A stretch of 64,000 nt of DNA, from IMG/VR virus record IMGVR_UViG_3300011242_000002, positions 128,001-192,000 of that record, one strand, 5' to 3'. Positions 10,021-19,224 of this stretch are shown here, in pieces. Source of the stretch: a virus. Taxonomy: Duplodnaviria; Caudoviricetes. The translations under genes were made by a program, and so were the position numbers. Every line of letters begins with the position of its first letter. Within the stretch, counting starts at the first letter, position 1. Under the pieces are notes generated by a model, which saw only the letters and a program-made list of their open reading frames with translations, was not told the DNA's origin and searched no databases.

Positions 10021-10047
10021 AAGGGGCTTCGGCTCCTTTCTTTTTTT
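10021..10047 (+). terminator. Intrinsic terminator
   Basis: AAGGGGC-TTCG-GCTCCTT followed by a T run. Confidence 0.8.
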
Positions 10048-10065
10048 GTTAACAAGGAGCGAATT

Positions 10066-10659
10066 ATGACCATTGTATTCTTTAAGCAAGACGAATTGAT
10101 CAACGAAAATAATCTGATGTCCGTGCCACAAGGCGAAGAACGTCTGGCGGCTTGTAATCAGGCCCTGTTCGGTTATTTTGACGACCTGGCCAGCAACATT
10201 AACAACAGCATCAAAGCGGTCATTGCCGGCTGGCGCCGTGGTTATTCTGCAGAAGCCGTGGCAGATCACCTGTTTATTAACAGCTTCAATGGCTTTGCCG
10301 GTAAAGACTTTGGTGTTAAAGACGCTTATTTGCTGCTGCAGTCAATGTTCACCAAAATGGGTTACGACACCAGCGAGACGTATTGGGGTGTGCAATACGG
10401 CTACACTCCATCGCTGGAAGAACGCGCGCGCGACCCACTAGATGTGCAGGTTGGTATCAACGTGCGTGCACAAGACCTGGCTAAGGATCATGGTTTCGAA
10501 ACTATCGTCTTTGGTCAGTACCAAAACAACACGGGTTCGGTCCGTAACAAAGAAGAAGCGATCAGCGTGGATGAGTTCCGCAAAGATGTGTGCTCTGCGT
10601 TGACTAATCGTCAGGGGCAGTTCTTTACGGTAGTGATCGAGGATACCGAGAATGTTTAA
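10066..10659 (+). CDS. Hypothetical protein, paralog of 10652-11251
   Basis: AAGGAG RBS before ATG 10066; shares IAGWRxGY, WGxxYxYTPS and QxxINxR motifs with the next gene. Confidence 0.75.
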   Translation: MTIVFFKQDELINENNLMSVPQGEERLAACNQALFGYFDDLASNINNSIKAVIAGWRRGYSAEAVADHLFINSFNGFAGKDFGVKDAYLLLQSMFTKMGYDTSETYWGVQYGYTPSLEERARDPLDVQVGINVRAQDLAKDHGFETIVFGQYQNNTGSVRNKEEAISVDEFRKDVCSALTNRQGQFFTVVIEDTENV

Positions 10660-11251
10660 ACTGCGTGAAGAGGTTGAGTTAAAAGACGGGAAATTCGAAT
10701 ATGAAAAATACCCCGACTACGCTCGTTATGCCGCTGGCGTGGTAGCCAATGCCGTTACAAACCTTACTGCATTGTTTCGGGATAACTACTACGCGAAAGA
10801 TATTATTGCAGGTTGGCGCTATGGCTACGCGCCTGCTGCGGTAGCCCGCTACATTCTCGAACGCGCCGTCGAGACTTCTGCCGTGCAGTATGCGCAAAAC
10901 ATGTATCAGGCCCGGGCCATTACCGTGCTGCGTCAGCTACTGCGGGTTAATGAAAAGGGCTGGGGTGCGTTGTATGACTATACTCCGTCCGTGGCTGAGC
11001 TTTCTACTCCGGCTGCAATAGTGCAAGCCGACATCAATAAACGTTTAGCGGCTAACCGGACGTTAGCCGTGGCCCACGCCGAAGAAGTGAACGGTATTAT
11101 CCCTCGGTATCGGTTTAATGAGACGATCGATAACCCCGGGATTATCAAGCACGAATCGGAGGTAGCGGTGGTGCTGGCGTTTACGTCTGAGGTCTTTGTA
11201 GAAACACGCAAGCTTATTCGCCAGGTGTTTGACGAGATCGTCGACGTATAA
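10652..11251 (+). CDS. Hypothetical protein, paralog of 10066-10659
   Basis: Same shared motifs; overlapping start. Confidence 0.75.
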   Translation: MFKLREEVELKDGKFEYEKYPDYARYAAGVVANAVTNLTALFRDNYYAKDIIAGWRYGYAPAAVARYILERAVETSAVQYAQNMYQARAITVLRQLLRVNEKGWGALYDYTPSVAELSTPAAIVQADINKRLAANRTLAVAHAEEVNGIIPRYRFNETIDNPGIIKHESEVAVVLAFTSEVFVETRKLIRQVFDEIVDV

Positions 11252-11272
11252 GTTTACTATCCGGAGGTTAGC

Positions 11273-11662
11273 ATGGAAGTCTTTACGGTACAGCTCGGAC
11301 AGTGGCGTTTGGCGAAGGCGTTAAATATCCCGCTTATCGACACAACGTACCGCTCCGGGATTCTTCATCAGAACGTGCGTTGGCTCGCCCCAACCGGTGA
11401 GCTGTTGGGTAACTATAAAAGTGGTACCGTTACTGCCTGTGGTTATCAGGAAATCTACCTAAACCTTATGAGGAACCGCTGGACGCAGGATCCCCAGTGG
11501 TTCTTGGATTTTTGTCGTACCCACGACAGGGTAGCGTTGGCCTGCTATTGCAGTGCAGGTGAGTTTTGTCACCGTTTATTACTCGTTGATATTTTGCGCA
11601 ATATTTGCATCAAATATAATATCCCCTTCAGCTACGGCGGGGAACTACAAAGGGCTGCCTGA
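11273..11662 (+). CDS. DUF488-like protein
   Basis: LAPTxELL and ALACYC...FCHR motifs; GGAGG RBS. Confidence 0.65.
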   Translation: MEVFTVQLGQWRLAKALNIPLIDTTYRSGILHQNVRWLAPTGELLGNYKSGTVTACGYQEIYLNLMRNRWTQDPQWFLDFCRTHDRVALACYCSAGEFCHRLLLVDILRNICIKYNIPFSYGGELQRAA

Positions 11663-12063
11663 TGAACAAGTTCATTTATATCCAGGTCACCGACGCGGCG
11701 GTTATTCCGACCGAGATGGTGATCAACCCGCTGCAGCAGATTGACAGCGTCTACATGCCAGTACGGTTGCGCTTTCACTTTACCGCTAGCGAGCAGCTGA
11801 TTGATACCCAGGTGATTGAAGTGCCGTTTGTTAATCAGCGCGCCTGTGATCTGGTAGGTGCCTGCCTGTTGTTTTCCCCGCTGGCCGAACAGGCTTCCCT
11901 TTGCCAGTTCCCGTATCTGAAAGATGGCGCGGTCTGGGTCGAGCTGGCGGTGGAGCTGACTAAGGTTCCGCTGTCATCCGGGGATTTGCTCAACCTGTAC
12001 GCCTCGCATTTTAACGCTACTCCGTCGGCTGCGATCCTGCGTAATCTGCACATTTCGGAGTAA
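11662..12063 (+). CDS. Hypothetical protein
   Basis: TGATG coupling to the upstream gene. Confidence 0.65.
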   Translation: MNKFIYIQVTDAAVIPTEMVINPLQQIDSVYMPVRLRFHFTASEQLIDTQVIEVPFVNQRACDLVGACLLFSPLAEQASLCQFPYLKDGAVWVELAVELTKVPLSSGDLLNLYASHFNATPSAAILRNLHISE

Positions 12064-12065
12064 AC

Positions 12066-12482
12066 ATGTATAGTAACCAGCACATCAGAATGGTCGCGGA
12101 GATTAACCTTCTGGTCCTGGTCGTGGGATTGGCGTTACTAACCGCCATCATTATCCTGAGCTATCGCGAACTGCGTATCCGTAAGCTGAGAAAGTGGGAA
12201 GCGGATACGCGTTTGATGATCGGGTCGTTTGATCTTTACAGCCCCGTAGACCGCTCAAGAGTGGTGACGCTTATCGATGACCTGTATCAGCTGTATCTGG
12301 AAAGCTGCGCAGCCTGTGGGCAACCTCAGGCCAATACCTTAGACGCGTTTGACCGTTTTATCCAAACCTTTGCCTATTCGTACGTGAGCGGGCGTATCGA
12401 CTTCTCAGTGTTCCCTGCTGAGGTGGCGACAGTGTTTCGCATCAAGCACGCACAGGTGTATCTCGTTAACAAGTCGGCATAA
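12066..12482 (+). CDS. Hypothetical membrane-anchored protein
   Basis: N-terminal hydrophobic stretch LLVLVVGLALLTAIIIL followed by basic residues. Confidence 0.65.
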   Translation: MYSNQHIRMVAEINLLVLVVGLALLTAIIILSYRELRIRKLRKWEADTRLMIGSFDLYSPVDRSRVVTLIDDLYQLYLESCAACGQPQANTLDAFDRFIQTFAYSYVSGRIDFSVFPAEVATVFRIKHAQVYLVNKSA

Positions 12483-12541
12483 AAGAGGCGTTCCTCTCCT
12501 TGACGGGAGAGGAACCCTCTGGGTCTTATGCCGTTTTTTTT
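12475..12541. terminator. Bidirectional terminator flanked by CGGCATAA / TTATGCCG
   Basis: GTTCCTCTCC...GGAGAGGAAC stem between convergent genes. Confidence 0.8.
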
Positions 12542-12545
12542 TGGC

Positions 12546-13412
12546 TTAGCGAGCAGCCTGCTTCGCACGGATGTCGTTGATATCGTCAACCACACCAGAC
12601 TTAGCAGCGTTCACGTCCGGACCAACCGTTTTCAGCACGTCTGGCAGATCACGGTTGTACGGGTTCGCACCGATCAGGGAACGGGTCTTGTTGATCTTCT
12701 CAGCGAGCTTATCAACCGCGGCGTTCATGATACAGGTGCTGGTGAACTCGATGGAGTGCACCAGATCCGAAGAACCCTGAGACTTGTCGTAACGGGATTC
12801 ACGGGTACCGGAGGACTTCGGCTGCATACCCACGCACAGGTAGGCGTTGATGATCTCCAGACCGGTTGGGTCCGTATCGTAATACAGACAGATCATGGAG
12901 GTCATGTCAGGCAGCAGGTCTTTTGGCGGGTTCGGGTAGGTCATGATCAGCGGACGTTTGACATCCGGGTCCATCATGAACAGACGAATCCACCACTCCA
13001 GCAGGGTCCCGTTCGGGAAGCCATACTTCTCACCGATCTCATGCGTTGGGGTCGGCTGCTGCTGGGTAACGTTGGCCAGGTCAAAGTGCTCAGCACCGGA
13101 ACCGCCAGCTGGCTGGGAGGAGTGATCCACCTGCAGCGCACGCTGGAAGCCCGTGATGGAACGGGTGTGCTTTTCCATCATTGCTTTGATGTGACCATGC
13201 CACACTTCCGGGTGATCCAGGTGCTTGATCGCACCCGGAGTACGCAGCACCACGCACTGCAGCTGTTGCTGACGGAAGCCGGCGTTGTCCACATGCCGTG
13301 CCAGGTTTGCCGCGATGCCGTGGTAACCGCCGGTCAGGGCGTTGACCATGGTGGCGTTCGAGAACGCCCCTGCCCCAGCACCCGGTTGGGCAATAGAATC
13401 CGATAAGCGCAT
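12546..13412 (-). CDS. Tail tube protein (phiKZ gp30-like)
   Basis: 288 aa, translationally coupled to the sheath gene; conserved jumbo-phage arrangement. Confidence 0.75.
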   Translation of the reverse strand: MRLSDSIAQPGAGAGAFSNATMVNALTGGYHGIAANLARHVDNAGFRQQQLQCVVLRTPGAIKHLDHPEVWHGHIKAMMEKHTRSITGFQRALQVDHSSQPAGGSGAEHFDLANVTQQQPTPTHEIGEKYGFPNGTLLEWWIRLFMMDPDVKRPLIMTYPNPPKDLLPDMTSMICLYYDTDPTGLEIINAYLCVGMQPKSSGTRESRYDKSQGSSDLVHSIEFTSTCIMNAAVDKLAEKINKTRSLIGANPYNRDLPDVLKTVGPDVNAAKSGVVDDINDIRAKQAAR

Positions 13413-15496
13413 TATGCATTATCCTCGCGGTTACGGGAAACGACGGTGAAGCTGCCGATGTACTGACCCTTGTTAAAGGAGGCGTTAACTTCACAGGAGT
13501 AGCGAACGCGGCTGTTGATATCCTTGGTCGTGCGGAACGCATTCACAGAGATGTCAACGCGACCGTCGTACAGATCTTTGGTCAGATCCGTCAGGATGCT
13601 GTTCAGCTCAGCCAGGTTCTGCTCGGTGGTGCGACGCGTGTCCACGCCCAGCATGCGGTAAGCCTGCTGGCATTTCTTCTCGATATCGACACAGATGGTC
13701 AGTGCGATTTCGTCACGCAATACCGAAGACTCTTCGGCGTACACGGTTTGCACGTGCGGCACGTACGCCTGCGAACGGTTGACGTTCTGTGCGTAGTTGA
13801 GCCCCAGGTTCCAGTTGTTGTCACGGATGTCCTGCGGTTCCCACAGCAGATCCATGTCGCGCAGAATCTGGACGCGGTTGTTGGCCGCGGCGTCGTACGC
13901 AAAGGCGTTCTTCAGTACGCCGTCACCGGAGCCTGCATAGCGGGAACGCTTGTGGGCGTGATCCAGCAGATGCGGGTAGTAGTTACCGGAGTCGTCGTCG
14001 ACCTGTTGACCAGACTGCATGAAGAAGATCACGCGGCAGACACCGGTACCGTACAGCGTGGATTCCGGATACAGACGGGCATAGCTGCGCAGGGCTGACG
14101 CCATGGAACGCTGCTCGGAGCCGGACAGACGCTCGTGACCGTCGATGTAAGTGCCGACGTACGCGATGATGTCTTTACGCTTGCCGGTGATGCTGATCAG
14201 CGACTTCTTGGTTTCCAGGTCGTAACCGCAGTCCCAGTACGCCGACTGTGGGTAACGGGCATCGTCTAACACTTCGATGTCTTTGAGCTCACCGTAGTTG
14301 TCAAACTGCTCTTTACACAGCTGGTTGTACATCTGGATCTTGGTCAGTGGCTTACCGGTCGCATCTTCATACGTACCGTCAGAACCACCCTCAGCGTAGT
14401 AGATGGCTACGTCGTTGAGGTTGATACCGCCCTGGGCAACCGACTGCACGCGCAGCGTGTAGTACGGGTTGTTGTAGAAGTCGACGCCGTTCAGGAAGTT
14501 GATCTGGTGGTGTGCGTCAACGCCGTCCAACAGACTGTTGCCCGCCGCCGCCTTCTCGTTGTCGAAGATACGCTTCAGCACCGCGTCCAGGTTATCGTAG
14601 TACACTTTGGTACGGCCGATTGGGCCTGGGACCGGGGTGAAACCGTTTGGTGCATCGTCGTAGTCCTTCACGCGCAGCGCAAAGTTGTACTTCTGCGCCG
14701 TTGCGGTGTCAACCACGGTTTTCTTGAAGGAGAAGTTAATCTCAGACTGACGATCGGAAGTCAGCTTCAGAACCGGGGTAGACTGCAGGTCCGGACGCTC
14801 GTACACGCGCAGGCGGTAGAGCTGCGCCAGCTGGTCAACAGCGACACCCACGTTCAGCGGGTTCAGCGATTGGGTATTTGGCGCCCACAGGCTAAAGCCG
14901 ACGTTGTTACCGAACTCACCCGGTGACGGGATCTCGATATCGAGCAGCGGGTAGTAGTCGGACTGGATGGCGGTCGAAGAGGTCAGTTGACCTTTCTTCT
15001 TCACGGCGCTACCAAACGGTACGCTATCTACGCCTTCATTAATAACCAGACGTGCTACCACGCCTGCACGTTTGGTGGTTGCCAGTACAAAGCTGCCGTT
15101 GGCGTCACGTTCGGCGATGCCGGCTACGTCACGCTTGTAGTCGGTGATCTGGTCATCCACCAGTTCAATGCCAAGCGTCCAGTACGCCGGTGCCAGGCCA
15201 TCGGCCGGATGCACACGCTGAACCATGACGGTGTTGCCGTTACCTGCGATAGTCGAGGTAAAGGCTGAACCCAGGGTGTAGTACTTTGACAGCGGATCAA
15301 ACGTCTTGCTACCGTAGTATGACACCAGCAGAGACGGATCCAGCAGCTGTGGGGTTAACGGCCCACGTTCTGCCAGGATGTATAAGTGCGGCAGGTGCTG
15401 CGCATATACCTCCGGGACCGGGACCGGAGCGATTGTGGATTCATCCCGGATACCTTCCAGGATAAAACGCGGCGCCCCGTTGGAAAGATTTGACAT
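13412..15496 (-). CDS. Contractile tail sheath protein (phiKZ gp29-like)
   Basis: 694 aa; NGAP..GIRD N-terminus, YGSKTFD, YWDCGY and LYPESTLYGT motifs; divergent from the virion/terminase operon. Confidence 0.85.
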   Translation of the reverse strand: MSNLSNGAPRFILEGIRDESTIAPVPVPEVYAQHLPHLYILAERGPLTPQLLDPSLLVSYYGSKTFDPLSKYYTLGSAFTSTIAGNGNTVMVQRVHPADGLAPAYWTLGIELVDDQITDYKRDVAGIAERDANGSFVLATTKRAGVVARLVINEGVDSVPFGSAVKKKGQLTSSTAIQSDYYPLLDIEIPSPGEFGNNVGFSLWAPNTQSLNPLNVGVAVDQLAQLYRLRVYERPDLQSTPVLKLTSDRQSEINFSFKKTVVDTATAQKYNFALRVKDYDDAPNGFTPVPGPIGRTKVYYDNLDAVLKRIFDNEKAAAGNSLLDGVDAHHQINFLNGVDFYNNPYYTLRVQSVAQGGINLNDVAIYYAEGGSDGTYEDATGKPLTKIQMYNQLCKEQFDNYGELKDIEVLDDARYPQSAYWDCGYDLETKKSLISITGKRKDIIAYVGTYIDGHERLSGSEQRSMASALRSYARLYPESTLYGTGVCRVIFFMQSGQQVDDDSGNYYPHLLDHAHKRSRYAGSGDGVLKNAFAYDAAANNRVQILRDMDLLWEPQDIRDNNWNLGLNYAQNVNRSQAYVPHVQTVYAEESSVLRDEIALTICVDIEKKCQQAYRMLGVDTRRTTEQNLAELNSILTDLTKDLYDGRVDISVNAFRTTKDINSRVRYSCEVNASFNKGQYIGSFTVVSRNREDNA

Positions 15497-15686
15497 GCCT
15501 TTCTCCTAACTATCGATAGTTGTCAAAGAGCCTTTTTTTCGAAACATGTTTCACCGTACCAGCGCCTACAAACCACCGTCGTGGCAGGGAGTAATGGTAT
15601 GGTTCACTATTTACGACGTTTAAACAGTGCCATACCATTAGTTGTCATTGTTTACATATAAGCGCGCTGGAGAGGGTTTCGCAACC

Positions 15687-16637
15687 ATGTTTATTTCCCC
15701 GTATCAGACCAAAGCTGCCAGTTGGAACCCGATCGATAAGATCCAATCGGCGATGAAACTAGCCAAGGTGGAAAAACGCCTTGTGTCGGCTACCAAGCCT
15801 ATTGCCGGACTGACCGGTTTATACGGCCCCACTAAAGATGAAAACCTGTGGCTGTTGATCGCTGGCATTACCGGTAACGAAGCCGAAACACCGTTTACCA
15901 ACCCGATTACCTTTACCGATACCCTGGGACGTGCGAACATCGTGATCGATGTGCGTGCCTCCCTGATGTTGGACCCCAACACCGGTACGGTCACCTTGCG
16001 TAACCGTAACGCGGCTACCGACCTGCAGCAACAGATGATCCGCATGAAGGCGGTATGGTACTGGATGTCCGGCAACCACCGTGATTTCCTTAACCTGTCT
16101 CCGGTGCCGATGCAGGTGTTCGTGCGCTGGATTGCCGAAGGGCTGTCGCGCAAGCTGGGGCTCGGGTACGACACCATGCCGCGCTTTATGGCCTACGTGG
16201 GCTGGTACTTCTTCTGTCAGTTCTATAATGAAGGCGACATGTCGGAAGGCATGCGCATGGACGGGATCCGTAAGGTGACCGACCAGGCGCGCGTACGCAG
16301 CGATTACGTAACCGCCACGTTAGAGAATGCGCCGTACGTCGGCACCGTGCAGCAGTTTGTGGACAACGCCTATGCGGTGGTGGGTGCTGAAGAGCTGCGC
16401 CAGCTGGATCTGCGTATGTTCCTCAACATTGCGGGCGGGGCCTGGTTTGGTGCGCATGCCGCCGAGTCCGGGGCCATTGGCCTTGAGTACCCGCCGGTGT
16501 TTCTCTCTATGCTGTACGGCGGGGCGGAAAACCGTTACTACCGCAACAGCACCCTCGGCAACATCCTTGACCGCGGGGAGTTTAAGAAAACCAAAGAGCA
16601 GTTCATGCGTAGCTTCGCCGGCTGCATTGATGTCTAA
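15687..16637 (+). CDS. Conserved virion protein (phiKZ gp28 position)
   Basis: ATG 15687 after GGAGAGG; synteny. Confidence 0.6.
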   Translation: MFISPYQTKAASWNPIDKIQSAMKLAKVEKRLVSATKPIAGLTGLYGPTKDENLWLLIAGITGNEAETPFTNPITFTDTLGRANIVIDVRASLMLDPNTGTVTLRNRNAATDLQQQMIRMKAVWYWMSGNHRDFLNLSPVPMQVFVRWIAEGLSRKLGLGYDTMPRFMAYVGWYFFCQFYNEGDMSEGMRMDGIRKVTDQARVRSDYVTATLENAPYVGTVQQFVDNAYAVVGAEELRQLDLRMFLNIAGGAWFGAHAAESGAIGLEYPPVFLSMLYGGAENRYYRNSTLGNILDRGEFKKTKEQFMRSFAGCIDV

Positions 16638-16649
16638 GAAGGGGGTTCC

Positions 16650-19220
16650 ATGGCGAGCGTCGATTTAGTTAACCACGCCATTGCGAATGCGTGGGCTAAC
16701 CCACAGGCCGACCGTCAGCACATTCTGCGCCTGGCGCGGCTGTCCCGTGACGTCGGGGATATCAACTATACCCTGGTGATGAACAACCCGGTTTACCTGC
16801 CCACCCGCATGGAGCTGTACCACGTCTTTCAGATCGGCCAAAACCATCCTTGGACCTGGAACGTCGGCAATGAGTACGTCTCGCCGCTGCCGCTGGAAGA
16901 GTGGGTGCCGTTAACCGATCTGCGCACCATGCAGATGCTGACTGCCCAGCTGTATCTCGACACCGGTGTGCAGCTGCCGGCTTCGGGTGCCTTTGTGCGC
17001 TTGCGCTATGACCACAACATCCTGATTGCCGTCACCGACTTTCAGAACATGACCGTTCCGCGTAACGTGGACGTCTATCTGCGGGTCTACAGCAACGCCT
17101 ACTTTGAAACCCTGCTTGAGGCACAGCGTAACGGATTGATCCGCTGCTTCGGCGGTAACATGAACGACCCTAAGCAGGTGCTACGCTGGCAGAACGATTA
17201 CCTGACGCTGAAGCAGTCGGGGAAAGGATTGGCCCAGGCCTTTGTCAACGGCATGTTGGTCAACGACTTCCCTCCGGGTTCCTATCGCCAGCGTGACTAC
17301 GTCACGGTCAGCTATGACGGCTCGGTGAAGAAGGTGGTGGACATTGCGGTGAAAACCATGCCGACGTTCTTGTCGACCTTGGATAACCGACAGAAGTACA
17401 TCTTCCACCCGCCGCGGTTAAAGAACGCCAGCGACCTTGACGTGGTGTTTTTTGACGACGTGGACTTCTGGCTGATTGGTCCGGACAAGAAAGGCGTGTA
17501 CTTCCATCGCAATATGCGGGATGCGGTACGCCAACTTACCCACCGCGACTACAGCCTGTGTGTGGCCTACTTGCAAAACCTGGTGACGGCACAAGGTTGG
17601 GGTCAGCTGAATAACTGCACGGTACGCTGCGTGATGCGCCACAGCGGGTTTAACCAGACCCTGGTGCACGAGGCTCATCGGATTCGTGAACTGTATAAGC
17701 TGCCGGATGCGTTGATTATCGATGCGATGGTTAACGTGCGGGCAACGCTACCGGAATGGTCCGCTGCTGAACTGGAACGCTCCAAGTACGTCGAGCTGCT
17801 GGGTACCCAGTACAGTCGCCTGTCATCGGATCTGGTACGTGACGCTTACGGCTACAACGCCATGACCCAGGTGATGGCCAATACCCCGCTGCTGCTGACC
17901 CAGGGGACGACCAGCAACAACTGGGCGAACCTGTCACCGGGACTGCAGGAGAACATCCAGGTCTACGAGTACGATACCAACGGTCTGTACCTCGGCACCT
18001 ATTACCAGTCGGGGGGCGTGCGCTACATTGCCCGCAACCGCAACGCGGTGATGATCGAGGTGTACAGCGGTAAGGCCAGCAAGAGCCCGCACTACATGCT
18101 GGGCAACGCCAACGTCACGCTGATGGCCAACTACGGTTACCGGGTGTACCAGGCGAAGTGGGACGGGACGACGATTGACAAAACCTCCTGGCAGGACGTC
18201 ACCGGCCAGGCCAGCATCTACGGCGTGGTTGATGGGGTGCTGAGCTTCCTGCACAACAAGGCGCGGTATATTGGGCTGGTGCTGTTCAACGACGTGTTCC
18301 TGGGCTACGACTTTACCCTCGATCACCTGGATAAAACCCTGTCGTTCTCCTTGACCTACGATTGGACCGGGGGTGGTTTAGAAGCACCGATCGCACCGGG
18401 GGTGGTGGACATCATCATGAACGGGCGCTCACTGGTGCCGGGGATTGACTACATTGAGCGTTTCCCGCGCTACGTGATCACCAACAAGCGTTACCTGGTC
18501 GCCAACCAACCACAGCGGTTTACCGTGCGCGCCACCGGCTCGGGCACGACCGATTTGCAGCCGCAACCGATTAACGAGCACGGCTGGGTCACGCGGGAGC
18601 ACATCAGCAACAACGACGTGTACAACCTGCGTGATGACCGAACCGTACGCTGTGTGGTGGCAGGGCGCATTGTGCGTCGGGAAGACCTGGTGTACGCTGA
18701 GGACGTGCCGAGTGCTACCGGGCTTGACCCGAGCTACAACGGTCAGCCGTACTACATCGGTAACGTGATGGCTAGCGTGCGCTCGGTTGACCCGTACGAA
18801 GCGTTTCCGCTGCGCGATGCGTCGCTTGATCTTGATGCTCGCCTGTCGGCGTTCCTGACATCCATCTACCCACAGCCCGATCTCGGTGACCCAAACTTCA
18901 TCCAGCAGAAGTACGTGTTGTACTCTCCGCTGCTGCAAAAGCTGATCTACGATCTGCGTCTTGGGTTCCTGGTGATTCCGTCTGCGGGTTGGGGTTCAGA
19001 TGAGAAGCTTGACAAGATCCTGGCACCGTATAAATGGTGGTTGGAGTTTGACCCTTGTGCGCTGGAGATGGACTGGACCTACCTGATGGTCGAGCCGCAT
19101 AACCAACCCGGGACTCTGGCGGTAACCTCCATGCAGTATAACTTCCTGAATCGGGTCATTGACCTGTACCTGAACAAACGCACTACCTTGTCGGGTTACG
19201 TAACCATCACCGCAGGATAA
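16650..19220 (+). CDS. Conserved virion/baseplate protein (phiKZ gp27 position)
   Basis: 856 aa; AVRQLTHRDY and YGYNA motifs; synteny. Confidence 0.65.
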   Translation: MASVDLVNHAIANAWANPQADRQHILRLARLSRDVGDINYTLVMNNPVYLPTRMELYHVFQIGQNHPWTWNVGNEYVSPLPLEEWVPLTDLRTMQMLTAQLYLDTGVQLPASGAFVRLRYDHNILIAVTDFQNMTVPRNVDVYLRVYSNAYFETLLEAQRNGLIRCFGGNMNDPKQVLRWQNDYLTLKQSGKGLAQAFVNGMLVNDFPPGSYRQRDYVTVSYDGSVKKVVDIAVKTMPTFLSTLDNRQKYIFHPPRLKNASDLDVVFFDDVDFWLIGPDKKGVYFHRNMRDAVRQLTHRDYSLCVAYLQNLVTAQGWGQLNNCTVRCVMRHSGFNQTLVHEAHRIRELYKLPDALIIDAMVNVRATLPEWSAAELERSKYVELLGTQYSRLSSDLVRDAYGYNAMTQVMANTPLLLTQGTTSNNWANLSPGLQENIQVYEYDTNGLYLGTYYQSGGVRYIARNRNAVMIEVYSGKASKSPHYMLGNANVTLMANYGYRVYQAKWDGTTIDKTSWQDVTGQASIYGVVDGVLSFLHNKARYIGLVLFNDVFLGYDFTLDHLDKTLSFSLTYDWTGGGLEAPIAPGVVDIIMNGRSLVPGIDYIERFPRYVITNKRYLVANQPQRFTVRATGSGTTDLQPQPINEHGWVTREHISNNDVYNLRDDRTVRCVVAGRIVRREDLVYAEDVPSATGLDPSYNGQPYYIGNVMASVRSVDPYEAFPLRDASLDLDARLSAFLTSIYPQPDLGDPNFIQQKYVLYSPLLQKLIYDLRLGFLVIPSAGWGSDEKLDKILAPYKWWLEFDPCALEMDWTYLMVEPHNQPGTLAVTSMQYNFLNRVIDLYLNKRTTLSGYVTITAG

Positions 19221-19224
19221 GCTG

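Noticed and set aside
9991-10065. GTG start at 9991 for the downstream gene
   Set aside because: The extension runs through an RNA structure and a terminator; the RBS supports ATG 10066.
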